In this document: piece by piece, positions 52,359-60,689 of the stretch
How the letters are laid out: every line of letters starts with the position of its first letter
Position numbering within the stretch: the stretch's first letter is position 1
Source of the DNA: a virus
Length of the DNA: 64,000 bases
Direction: 5' to 3' (one strand)
IMG/VR virus record: IMGVR_UViG_3300027742_000009
Coordinates: 1 to 64,000 of that record
The notes under the pieces: model-generated
Database searches by the model: none
Seen by the model: the letters and a program-made list of their open reading frames with translations, nothing else
What the model was told of the DNA's origin: nothing
Position numbers and translations under genes: made by a program

Positions 52359-52706
52359 TTGTCTGAACATCCATTAAGCAAAGAACAAAAACTACGGTAT
52401 TTTAAGGATGCTGAATGTAGAGAACCTATGTATGCTATTGAGTTTCCAGACCCAGTTGTTAGAGGAGAAGAAAAAGCCGTGTTAACTGTTTATGCTAAGA
52501 ATGTTACGCCAGAAGAACTGGATAATTTACAGTTTATTCCTCAAGACCCAGACTTGAAAATAGAGTTTAGTGCAAACCACGTTAAACCTTATGAAACTAT
52601 AATGTTAAAGTTTATTTTTACTCCAAGCGAAACCAGAAACAAAGCCCTTGACGCAGAATTTGTGGTGCAAGGAAGGGCAATCATGAGGGGTTCACATAAG
52701 AAATAA
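52359..52706 (+). CDS. small beta-sandwich-like protein, paralogue B
   Basis: See 50292-50648. Its stop abuts the stop of the convergent 52707-55358 gene. Confidence 0.45.
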   Translation: MSEHPLSKEQKLRYFKDAECREPMYAIEFPDPVVRGEEKAVLTVYAKNVTPEELDNLQFIPQDPDLKIEFSANHVKPYETIMLKFIFTPSETRNKALDAEFVVQGRAIMRGSHKK

Positions 52707-55358
52707 TTATAACCACTTTAACTCATTAAAGTATTCTTTTTCTTCAGTTGTTATTTTCCCCATTATCTTAGTGTAGATTGTCAAAGAGAACTCCCAAGTT
52801 ATAGGAGCTAGTATCTGTTGTGTTTCTTCAAAACTAACGATGAAAGTGCATTCTACTGGAGAAGTTTCTTCAAATGGTTTCTTAATGACCGCTTCAACCA
52901 TTTTTGTTTCTTGGAATCGTCTTGCGAATTTTCTACAAATGATTCGTTTTATTTCCTCAAAGAGGTTAGCCGTCTTACTTATAATCTTCTTTGTTTCTTC
53001 AAGATGTTTAATTACATCTGCCCTAACTTTCTCTGATGGAACATGCTTAAACTTGTAGATGTATTGCCATAATGGCTTTTTTCCACCACCAATTACTCCT
53101 TCGGATGGTGGTGGACCATAACACTCACATGTTTTTGGTGAACCAAGTGTAACATAACCAGAGTAACCACTTGCATTGCCAGCTCTTACTCGGTATAAAT
53201 AAGCTACATTACACTTAACATTCACGTCAAGATACTCAGTAGTATTTGCTGGTAACGTGGCAATTACATGCCAACCACCATCATCACGTTCAACATAATA
53301 AGCCGTTTCGTTAGTAGCATTATCATTCCATCTAATTCGAATTCCATAATTTACACATAACACAACACAACAATCAGTACGAAATGATTTTTCACTTCCA
53401 TATCCCCAACCACTACTATTATGAGCTTTAGTTCGATAATATATTATTGTATCACATGATAAACCAGTTAAGTTACAAGTGAAAGGTCCAACTCCAAAAT
53501 TACCAAGTGTCGTTACACTATTTGGATATGGACCGCCACTTACAAGTCCCCATTCACAACCTGTTTTATCACAGTTTTCCCCACCAGTATTAACTATGTT
53601 TCCATGTCCAGTAGCAGTTGTTTTTCCAATATCAGTAACGTCACCAGTAGTAATAACAGCTTCTCCAAATATTTGTGGGTCTCCACTCCCATCATATCCG
53701 ACATCCCAACTAAGATTTGTATCTGGAGTTCCAGCATCAAGGTCAACCAATCCATCCTCAAACGCAACACCAACAGGATGTGTATAATCACTAATTAAAG
53801 TATTTCCTTCAGCCGCAGATGGAATTGTACCATCTTCTTGGAAAACAACACACATGCCATGTTTCGAAACACTATCAGCCGCCCTATTATCTGCGTCACC
53901 AATGTTTTTCATTAAAGACGCATAAAGACTGTTAGCATCACCAATATAAGGAACAAGGTCGCTTTTAGCTTCTGCCCATCCACTCCAATGTCTCATCATG
54001 GTAAAGTATCGTATTGTGGATTCTGGAGAGATGCCCCAAATCGCTTCGCCAGCTTGATATGTCCAATCAGCATTACTAATGTTTGCTACGTGAGTCCATG
54101 CTCCAGCATTTTTATATTTAACATCGCCTTTACCACCAAGACTATAAATACTATGTCGCCATCCACCACATATTGAGTTTCCAGCTGTACCTTTAATATC
54201 AAAAAAAACATTATTGGTATATTTAAAGCCTGCAATAAGTTTATAATGACTTAGAACCCAAACAGCCTTTGTTGTAACAAAGTCAACTTTTCCAGCATCA
54301 TCCTCTGCAAAATCTGCATTTGTTTGGGGAAAATACAACAATAATATTTCGTCTGGGACCTTATAATATTTAAAGGTTATTGGTTGTAAAACACGACTAA
54401 TTGTCCAAAATGTCCATGAAGTACCAGAAATTACTGGATATGAATTATATGTTTGACTACGAAATCTAGGATTAACATAATCAGCCTTTGTGGTATATTT
54501 ATATTTTCTGTCATTTGTAATATCGCTATCTCTTGCTCCTTTGTAAACTATACGTTCAACTAAAAATTGTTGACTAAAATCTGCTCCAGTAACACCAAAA
54601 AATACGGTGTGGTGTGTACCATCTCTGTAAAGTTTAACTAATAAACCTTCAGATTCAGAGTTTACTGGGTTGACAGCCATATACCTATCTATACCCATGT
54701 CACTATCAACAACTCGCATATGAATTTCCTTGTAGTATCCAGCTACTTGACTAATTTCATCAGCTACAGTAGTAGTTGTGTTGCCCATTTCATTAAGTGT
54801 GTAACCGTCAAATACTGAACGATTATAAATCATGATTTGAACTTTATTATCTCCATCTGGCGTAACGGTAATTCTAGTTCCAACTAAACCAGCAGTTCCC
54901 TTGACAACTCTAACACGTAAGTTTCCAAGCGTGTAAATATTAGCTAAGGGATTAGCCCAATTATTAGTTCCGTCAATCCAAAAAGCTCGATTTGCTGGAG
55001 CATCAGTATAATAAGTGTTCAAATAACCAGTTTTAGCAAGAAACATTAAAAGATTACCAGTATCTTCAGTATTATCACTCCATATAACTCTTCGTTTCCA
55101 TAAAGTACCAAGAGGAAAAATTGCTTCTGCCGTATAACGTACTGTGCCTTCAGTTACAAGATTTTGTGGGAATGTTCCACCACCAGCAGTATTTCTTGCC
55201 TTTACCGTAGCAGTTTCGGTTCCATCAGTTACTTCTCCATATTGCTTCCAAACCCAAACTGTAAAGTCTAATCCATCATGAGTATAAGTAACTCTTTCTG
55301 TTGGTTCTATCATTCCAGTTGGAGTCACATATTTCCAATAGGGACTAAAAATACCCAT
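52707..55358 (-). CDS. large fibre/adhesin-like protein with two FN3-like domains and a C-terminal repeat tail
   Basis: FN3-like segments TGDVTDIGKTTATGHGNIVNTGGENC...YYRTKAHNSSGWGYG and RIRWNDNATNETAYYVERDD...YRVRAGNASGYSGY. The C-terminus has five [FL]-[EQ]-E-[TI] repeats about 14 aa apart. Confidence 0.55.
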   Translation of the reverse strand: MGIFSPYWKYVTPTGMIEPTERVTYTHDGLDFTVWVWKQYGEVTDGTETATVKARNTAGGGTFPQNLVTEGTVRYTAEAIFPLGTLWKRRVIWSDNTEDTGNLLMFLAKTGYLNTYYTDAPANRAFWIDGTNNWANPLANIYTLGNLRVRVVKGTAGLVGTRITVTPDGDNKVQIMIYNRSVFDGYTLNEMGNTTTTVADEISQVAGYYKEIHMRVVDSDMGIDRYMAVNPVNSESEGLLVKLYRDGTHHTVFFGVTGADFSQQFLVERIVYKGARDSDITNDRKYKYTTKADYVNPRFRSQTYNSYPVISGTSWTFWTISRVLQPITFKYYKVPDEILLLYFPQTNADFAEDDAGKVDFVTTKAVWVLSHYKLIAGFKYTNNVFFDIKGTAGNSICGGWRHSIYSLGGKGDVKYKNAGAWTHVANISNADWTYQAGEAIWGISPESTIRYFTMMRHWSGWAEAKSDLVPYIGDANSLYASLMKNIGDADNRAADSVSKHGMCVVFQEDGTIPSAAEGNTLISDYTHPVGVAFEDGLVDLDAGTPDTNLSWDVGYDGSGDPQIFGEAVITTGDVTDIGKTTATGHGNIVNTGGENCDKTGCEWGLVSGGPYPNSVTTLGNFGVGPFTCNLTGLSCDTIIYYRTKAHNSSGWGYGSEKSFRTDCCVVLCVNYGIRIRWNDNATNETAYYVERDDGGWHVIATLPANTTEYLDVNVKCNVAYLYRVRAGNASGYSGYVTLGSPKTCECYGPPPSEGVIGGGKKPLWQYIYKFKHVPSEKVRADVIKHLEETKKIISKTANLFEEIKRIICRKFARRFQETKMVEAVIKKPFEETSPVECTFIVSFEETQQILAPITWEFSLTIYTKIMGKITTEEKEYFNELKWL

Positions 55359-55368
55359 AATTATTCAC

Positions 55369-56415
55369 CTATATACATTCACAACACGCTCGTATATCAG
55401 TTGGGTCATCTGGTAGTGGTGGGGGTGGTGGAGTTTCTTCTGTCCCCCAAGTTCCATGAGCTGGGTCATTACCTTTAACATTACTTACATATTTACGGAT
55501 AAACAAACAGTCAATCCAAAGTCTTCCAACCGTTCCAGCATCTTGGTCAGCACCATGGTAAACATTAAAAAATTCTGGGTTTCTCATAGTCCAGTTGCCA
55601 GCATGCCACACACCATCAAGGTATAATCCAACAAATTTTTGATTTACCCAATCATAATAAGCTTGAATGTGATACCAAGTATTATCTGCTAAAGTCGCAA
55701 TTGCATGATATTGACTAGCATCAAGATAGCTGAAGTGATTTGCACCATGGTCATAGTATATGTTTGCTGTTTTAGTGCCGTTAGATACTGAAGACCGTGC
55801 ATAGTAGTCACAATCCTTTATTCTACTATACCAATCCATAACTATGTAATTACTGAATGATTTACCAGATATTGTTGTTTTGGCAACTCCAGCATCACAG
55901 TCGTTTATTTTGTGACTTCGGTCTCCATATTTAAATTGGTCATTTTGCACAGTAGCACTACAAGTATTCTCACTATTATCTACCCAACCAACTGGAACTG
56001 CTCCAATAGCTGTTTCTTGGTCATCCTCAGCTACTTGAAAAGTGTTAGTCATGTTCTCTGTTGTAGCTGTTGCTCCAGTCGTATCGTAGTAAATGTAAAT
56101 TGTAACATTACCAGCCGTTAAGTCACCAGTCAGTTCAACCCAGAAAACAGCATAGACACCAGATGAAACATCATCATGCATCCAGTAATCCAACAAAGTA
56201 GTTCCATCTGAAGCAGTAAACCTTATATCTCCAAAGTCATTCTGACAGTTTCCACCACAATACACCTTGCCCATAGTAACATCATGATAAGCCTCTGTTC
56301 CATCAGCACCAACACCTTTATACACCTTAATGGGTATTTGATAATGGTTTCCAGCTCCCGCTTGTTGAGTCATAACATGACTCTTTCTTTTATTCCAACC
56401 AGCTAACCAACCCAA
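55369..56415 (-). CDS. DUF2341 plus LamG-like surface protein
   Basis: W.KRKSH...NDFGDIRFTASDGTTLLDYWMHD...AVFWVELTGDL..NVTIYIYYD fits the DUF2341 pattern. The C-terminus is PPPPPLPDDPTDIRACCECI. Confidence 0.55.
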   Translation of the reverse strand: MGWLAGWNKRKSHVMTQQAGAGNHYQIPIKVYKGVGADGTEAYHDVTMGKVYCGGNCQNDFGDIRFTASDGTTLLDYWMHDDVSSGVYAVFWVELTGDLTAGNVTIYIYYDTTGATATTENMTNTFQVAEDDQETAIGAVPVGWVDNSENTCSATVQNDQFKYGDRSHKINDCDAGVAKTTISGKSFSNYIVMDWYSRIKDCDYYARSSVSNGTKTANIYYDHGANHFSYLDASQYHAIATLADNTWYHIQAYYDWVNQKFVGLYLDGVWHAGNWTMRNPEFFNVYHGADQDAGTVGRLWIDCLFIRKYVSNVKGNDPAHGTWGTEETPPPPPLPDDPTDIRACCECI

Positions 56416-56417
56416 AT

Positions 56418-56663
56418 TTAACTACTCTCCTTTTTAATTTTAATTGTAACTTCTGATTGATAAGTGAAAAAGTCTTCTGACTTCACGTTCTCCAATAATT
56501 TATTTAAAGTAAACCCAATACTTCTCCAGCCAGTACGCTTCATAATAGCTTGAATCTTATCGTAAAGTTCTTGGTTAATTCTAACGAGAGGCATTAAATC
56601 CCCACTTAAATATGGATTTTCCCATTTAAAAGTGTTTATGTCAGTTAACAGAAAACATAACAC
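56418..56663 (-). CDS. ribbon-helix-helix (CopG-like) protein
   Basis: MPLVRINQELYDKIQAIMKRTGWRSIGFTLNKLLENV; the likely start is the internal Met. First gene of the minus-strand fibre operon. Confidence 0.45.
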   Translation of the reverse strand: MLCFLLTDINTFKWENPYLSGDLMPLVRINQELYDKIQAIMKRTGWRSIGFTLNKLLENVKSEDFFTYQSEVTIKIKKESS

Positions 56664-56693
56664 TTAAATAAGACTTTCACTATTAAATATTTA

Positions 56694-56876
56694 GTGGTTG
56701 ATTTGACTAAGAAAACTTGTCCCAAATGTAATGGAAAAGGATATGTCCTACGAACTTATCCTAATGATTTTCCCTGTTTCATGTCAATATTCACATATTT
56801 TCCATCGCCAATATTTCATTATGAAGTTTGCTCAAAGTGTAAAGGTAAGGGATATTTAGATGAAAAAGAAAAATAA
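56694..56876 (+). CDS. DnaJ-type CxxCxGxG zinc-finger protein
   Basis: CPKCNGKGYV and CSKCKGKGYL. Confidence 0.45.
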   Translation: MVDLTKKTCPKCNGKGYVLRTYPNDFPCFMSIFTYFPSPIFHYEVCSKCKGKGYLDEKEK

Positions 56877-57624
56877 GAAAGTTAAGAAACAACTTCCAAT
56901 GGTTATGCTTGTAACCGTAAACAATAAAGGATTTGTGAATGAATATACGGCTAACGCTAGGTTTAGTATTGGTTGGGTGTTAGGGGCTAACGGAATAAAA
57001 TCAATAGCTTACACTTATGATGCTCACCCTATTAGTCTTGCTCGTAATTTAGCAGTAGAAGAATTCTTAAAGTCACCAGCGACACATCTATTCTTTCTGG
57101 ATAGTGACTCAGTTCCAAAAGCAGATATAGTTTTACGGTTGCTACAATATGATAAGCCAGTAACTAGCGGATGGTATTTAGACCGAGGTGGACATGGATT
57201 GCCAGTAGTGTTGCGGATTATTGCTAAAGTAATGCCTAAATGTATGAAGTGTTTAATTAAGGAACCAAAGAAGTTTCCAGATTGGCGGGCTTATAAACTT
57301 GGAGAATTATTGACTATCCCGAAAGAAAAGAAGACTGGACTGGTTAAAGTGGATGGTGTTGGAGCTGGAGCTTTACTGATTAAACGTGAAGTATTCTCCC
57401 ACCTAGAGAAGCCATACTTTTATGAAGACCATTTGAACGTTAGAGGGTTTGGCGAGGACTTATGGTTTGGAGTTAACTGTAAAGTTCATAAAATACCAAT
57501 CTACGTTGACATTAACGCTTTAGTGGAACATTGGAGTTGGGGGCTTATTGGAGAACGTCATGTTAAAGCAATATTGCAGAGAGACATGAAACAGCAAATG
57601 GAAGAGAAAATGGGAAAGAAATAA
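56860..57624 (+). CDS. GT-A fold glycosyltransferase-like (GT2-like)
   Basis: LFFLDSDSVP (DxD context) and GAGALLIKREVF; 254 aa. Confidence 0.5.
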   Translation: MKKKNKKVKKQLPMVMLVTVNNKGFVNEYTANARFSIGWVLGANGIKSIAYTYDAHPISLARNLAVEEFLKSPATHLFFLDSDSVPKADIVLRLLQYDKPVTSGWYLDRGGHGLPVVLRIIAKVMPKCMKCLIKEPKKFPDWRAYKLGELLTIPKEKKTGLVKVDGVGAGALLIKREVFSHLEKPYFYEDHLNVRGFGEDLWFGVNCKVHKIPIYVDINALVEHWSWGLIGERHVKAILQRDMKQQMEEKMGKK

Positions 57625-57646
57625 AGTCGCCTATGATATAAACTAA

Positions 57647-57707
57647 GGTCTTGTGTTTTTAGTGGTGTTGTGTTTTGGGTGGTTTGTATTGGTCTTATTG
57701 TTTGGTG
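57647..57707 (+). repeat. 61-nt G+T-only stretch with GGTCTT(G/A)T..GTTT direct repeat
   Basis: Counted by hand: 3 A and 2 C in 61 nt. GGTCTTGTGTTTTT (from 57647) and GGTCTTATTGTTTGG (from 57691). Confidence 0.6.
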
Positions 57708-57813
57708 AAAAAGAAGTTAGATGGGAATAGGATAGTTCATGTTTTTCACATATGGTTTCATAGGAACATTTGTCCGTATTTGGAATTGACTATTTATAAG
57801 ATTGTGAAGGGGA

Positions 57814-58029
57814 ATGTTCTTGTCTGATGTGGAAGTTTGGATTCGTGGAGATAAAGTTGTTAAGTTAATTGTTGATGGAGAACGTCTTAATCCGAAGATA
57901 CGATTCAAGATAGATTGGAACTTTTGGAGTAGAGATATAATTACAATATATAAATGGAATGATGGTTGGAGTAATGCTGACATGGTAACGTTCAAAGGAT
58001 TGTTTCAGATTGTTTTTTCAATTAATTAA
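57814..58029 (+). CDS. hypothetical protein (weak ORF in a gene-poor region)
   Basis: 71-aa ORF with GAAGGGGA before the ATG. The antisense track ORF 57717-57995 looks less protein-like. Confidence 0.25.
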   Translation: MFLSDVEVWIRGDKVVKLIVDGERLNPKIRFKIDWNFWSRDIITIYKWNDGWSNADMVTFKGLFQIVFSIN

Positions 58030-58036
58030 CATAAAG

Positions 58037-58044
58037 TTTATATA
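58037..58044 (+). promoter_or_regulatory. orphan TATA box (TTTATATA) with no ORF behind it
   Basis: AAAGTTTATATACT. The next feature is a hairpin 24 nt downstream, not a start codon. Confidence 0.35.
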
Positions 58045-58067
58045 CTACCGTAACAATATAACACTTA

Positions 58068-58192
58068 CTATCCTCAAGTCCAAGAGGATAGAATAGTATT
58101 ATCCATGAGTTATGATGGGAGACTGATGGAAGGGAAAAACTGAATAAAAAAGTTAGACCGTAATTATATATTATCTCATCAATATTCTTTTT
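58068..58192 (+). ncRNA. candidate small non-coding transcript (hairpin at 5' end, T5 at 3' end)
   Basis: Perfect 8-bp hairpin CTATCCTC-aagtccaa-GAGGATAG (58068-58091); only a 12-codon mini-ORF; TTTTT at 58188-58192; another TATA-like box at 58204-58210. Confidence 0.25.
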
Positions 58193-58203
58193 GTTGGTAA
58201 AAG

Positions 58204-58210
58204 TTTATAA
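58204..58210 (+). promoter_or_regulatory. TATA-like box (TTTATAA)
   Basis: AAAAGTTTATAAGG lies about 32 nt upstream of ATG 58242. Confidence 0.35.
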
Positions 58211-58232
58211 GGCACCGTGATATGATATATTA

Positions 58233-58538
58233 GTGGTTAAAATGAAAAGGTTAGTTAAGTGTCCGTGTGGAAGAAAACATTGGGCTAAAGTATCTAAGAT
58301 GAAGAATACAATTACTGGTAAGACAGTTAAGTTTGTGTTGGAGTCAGATAAGATGTGTCAGTCTTGCAAGAATAGAATAAGGCAGAAGGGAATGAAGAAG
58401 AAGCCTCGACTTAGAGAAATTCCAGAAAAATATAATTCACAAATTACTCTTAACGAATTGTATCAGGCTGAGGGGAAACGTAGGCAAGAAGAAAAGAAAG
58501 CAGAACAAGAAAGAATTAAATGGAAGAAAACGAAATGA
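58233..58538 (+). CDS. zinc-finger, basic protein
   Basis: CPCGRKH...CQSCKN then a Lys/Arg/Glu-rich tail. Likely start ATG 58242. Confidence 0.4.
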   Translation: MVKMKRLVKCPCGRKHWAKVSKMKNTITGKTVKFVLESDKMCQSCKNRIRQKGMKKKPRLREIPEKYNSQITLNELYQAEGKRRQEEKKAEQERIKWKKTK

Positions 58539-58780
58539 TTGGGGAACTTGAAAAAAGAATAAACAAATGGCAAGATGATGATATGATGCTTTTCCAGTTG
58601 GATATGATTCGGAAAGGAGACATATTAGAAATCATTGATGAGATGCGAGGGGATATGCCCAAACCTAGATTGTCAAGGGATTGGGGACTTGACCTCGAAG
58701 GTAAGTGTAAGTATTGGATTATGCCCACTAATAAAGATTGGGTTGAATGGTTTGAGAGATGGTTTGGTGATAAGAAATGA
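58520..58780 (+). CDS. hypothetical protein
   Basis: 86-aa ORF overlapping both neighbours. Confidence 0.4.
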   Translation: MEENEMIGELEKRINKWQDDDMMLFQLDMIRKGDILEIIDEMRGDMPKPRLSRDWGLDLEGKCKYWIMPTNKDWVEWFERWFGDKK

Positions 58781-59178
58781 ATGAAAAGTATAGAAAGAAA
58801 TTGTTAGGAGAGTTTCAAGATTTATTTCCAAAAGAAAATCCATTATTTAGGGAAGGTTCTGGAGTATCATTCTTTATTGATTGCGGAGATGGATGGTACA
58901 AATTGATTTATGATTTGTGTCTTTCTCTTAGGGAAATGTTGAAGGAGAATCCTATTGAAGGTTTCATGGTGGTTCAAGTTAAAGAAAAGTTTGGTGGATT
59001 AAGATTTTATATTGGTGCTGGTTCAAAAGAAATATTTGATAGGATAAATAAAGCTGAACAAGAGAGTTATCATATTTGCGAGTTTTGTGGTGGAGTTGGG
59101 AAAGTAAGAAATGATTTGGTTTGGATTAGAACTTTGTGTGATAAGTGTTATAATGATTATAAGAGGAATAAAAAATGA
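58777..59178 (+). CDS. hypothetical protein with KEKFGGLRFY motif and C-terminal CxxC pairs
   Basis: QVKEKFGGLRFYIG ... CEFCGG...CDKCYN. I recognise the motif from uncharacterised phage proteins, but no function is known to me. Confidence 0.45.
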   Translation: MNEKYRKKLLGEFQDLFPKENPLFREGSGVSFFIDCGDGWYKLIYDLCLSLREMLKENPIEGFMVVQVKEKFGGLRFYIGAGSKEIFDRINKAEQESYHICEFCGGVGKVRNDLVWIRTLCDKCYNDYKRNKK

Positions 59179-59612
59179 AGAAGTTAGACCTCAAGAAATA
59201 TAGGGTGTTCAAGGAATATGATGGTTCGATAGGCTACGCTAGGTGGTGGAAAGGCAATCACATTGGAGCTTCTACGCCTTGTCAAGGACGATGTAGTTAT
59301 AATCTTGATGGGGCAGATGTTCCAGACCAATGGAGAGCATTAGACCCGAAGAAACATCATAAAGTAGTTGGGGAATTAAAGAAGTTGGTTAAGGAAGGAA
59401 AGATAAAGGTAGAACCAGTTACGGATAGTTGGGGAAATATTGACCCGTTTAATCCAGAATTTCCTAAGGTTCTTGGCGTGACGTATTTAGATGGGGAATG
59501 GTGTAATGCTTTATCTCCAAAACAATATTACAGTCTTAAAAGAATGAGTAGTTTCTTTACTGCTGGGTTCTTCTTGTTATGGATAATAATAGTAATGTGT
59601 TTACCTTATTAG
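59175..59612 (+). CDS. hypothetical protein with C-terminal TM anchor
   Basis: C-terminus FFTAGFFLLWIIIVMCL. Confidence 0.45.
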   Translation: MKKLDLKKYRVFKEYDGSIGYARWWKGNHIGASTPCQGRCSYNLDGADVPDQWRALDPKKHHKVVGELKKLVKEGKIKVEPVTDSWGNIDPFNPEFPKVLGVTYLDGEWCNALSPKQYYSLKRMSSFFTAGFFLLWIIIVMCLPY

Positions 59613-59622
59613 AGGAATTAAT

Positions 59623-60423
59623 ATGGAAGAAATAATACCTAAAAAAATATTAGTTGACATGTTAAGTAGAGGAGCAAATATTCTAGCGAATCGTCAGATG
59701 GGTAAGACTAACTTGGCACAAATTATTATAGCTGAAATGGTTAGACAACAGTTACCGTGTCAAATTAAAATTGGAGATACTGCTCAAGTTTGGAGACATA
59801 ATTTCTTATCAAGTTTTAAAGTGCAAGAAATTAATGAGAGAACAAGACAAGTATATAATGGAGACAATCTTATTTATGATATTGAATATGAAGATAGCGA
59901 AAGAATAATGCAGTTTTTGGGTAACAGAGTTTTAAAAGATTATTTAATGAATAGACAGAGAAAGAAAGTTAGTAATGGACACTTGAATGATTGGGTATTA
60001 TATTGCTTAGAGGAAGCACAGAATAGTCTTGGAAGTTACAGTTTAAACCGTCAGACTGGTAGAATATGGTTGAAGATGATTAGTGAAGGAGCAAACTTTA
60101 ACTTAGCATTTATAATGATAGGGCAAAGACCAGCAGACATATCTACAAAGGCTATAGAGAGAATGCAGACTTACTGGATAGGTAGAACAACTGGAGATAA
60201 TAATACTCGGAAATTAAAGGGAATAATAGGAAATAAGGCTGGAACAGAACAGTTAGGATTACCATTACATGAGAAAGCTAAAGAGTTAGAGAGAGGAGAG
60301 TTTATCTTTTGGAATGGGGCTGAAGCTTGGTTGTTTAGTTGTCCTAAGTTTGAAGATTTATATCCAAATAATAAACCAGAATTGGTTGAACCCCCAAGAA
60401 GTAGCTGGTTAAAGCTATGGTAA
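59623..60423 (+). CDS. P-loop NTPase
   Basis: Walker A NRQMGKTN and Walker B-like VLYCLEEAQN. Family not resolved. Confidence 0.5.
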   Translation: MEEIIPKKILVDMLSRGANILANRQMGKTNLAQIIIAEMVRQQLPCQIKIGDTAQVWRHNFLSSFKVQEINERTRQVYNGDNLIYDIEYEDSERIMQFLGNRVLKDYLMNRQRKKVSNGHLNDWVLYCLEEAQNSLGSYSLNRQTGRIWLKMISEGANFNLAFIMIGQRPADISTKAIERMQTYWIGRTTGDNNTRKLKGIIGNKAGTEQLGLPLHEKAKELERGEFIFWNGAEAWLFSCPKFEDLYPNNKPELVEPPRSSWLKLW

Positions 60424-60689
60424 AAATAAAAATTGTGTTGGGAGATTGTGATTGTTTCTCTTTTCAGAGAATTCCACATGTTTGCTGGAAAGAACATAAG
60501 ATTTATTTGGTGGCAGAGAAAAAAGATTTTGATTGGATTACTGATTTGATGGAAACTTGTTTGAACCATGAAATTATTCATGTTGTTATTGACGAGTTGG
60601 AAGGTAGAATACCAGCTAAAAAGTTTGATAATGTGTTTGATAAAACTAGAGAAGTGGTGACTGAGGAAAATGGTAGTCCATTCTATTAA
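60417..60689 (+). CDS. small HExxH-motif protein
   Basis: CLNHEIIHVVIDE; 90 aa. Confidence 0.35.
   Translation: MVKIKIVLGDCDCFSFQRIPHVCWKEHKIYLVAEKKDFDWITDLMETCLNHEIIHVVIDELEGRIPAKKFDNVFDKTREVVTEENGSPFY

Noticed and set aside
54201-54208. A8 (T8 on the coding strand) homopolymer inside the 883-aa fibre gene as a phase-variation site
   Set aside because: A/T runs of this length are expected by chance in a genome this AT-rich, and several others exist (for example T8 at 12141-12148). Only the G8 tract at 41850-41857 stands out against the composition.
55369-55383. C-terminal CECI of the DUF2341 protein as a CaaX prenylation box
   Set aside because: The middle residues (Glu, Cys) are not aliphatic, and CaaX prenylation is a eukaryotic pathway. 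It is kept only as a note about a terminal Cys cluster.
57647-57707. G-quadruplex interpretation of the GT-rich stretch
   Set aside because: G runs are mostly only 2 long (one GGG) with long T-rich loops. That would give at best an unstable two-tetrad structure, so the strand asymmetry itself is the more robust observation.
57717-57995. 92-aa minus-strand ORF in the gene-poor region
   Set aside because: No ribosome-binding site or promoter context, a Ser/Leu/Ile-rich composition, and overlap with the slightly more plausible plus-strand ORF 57814-58029. Both are weak.
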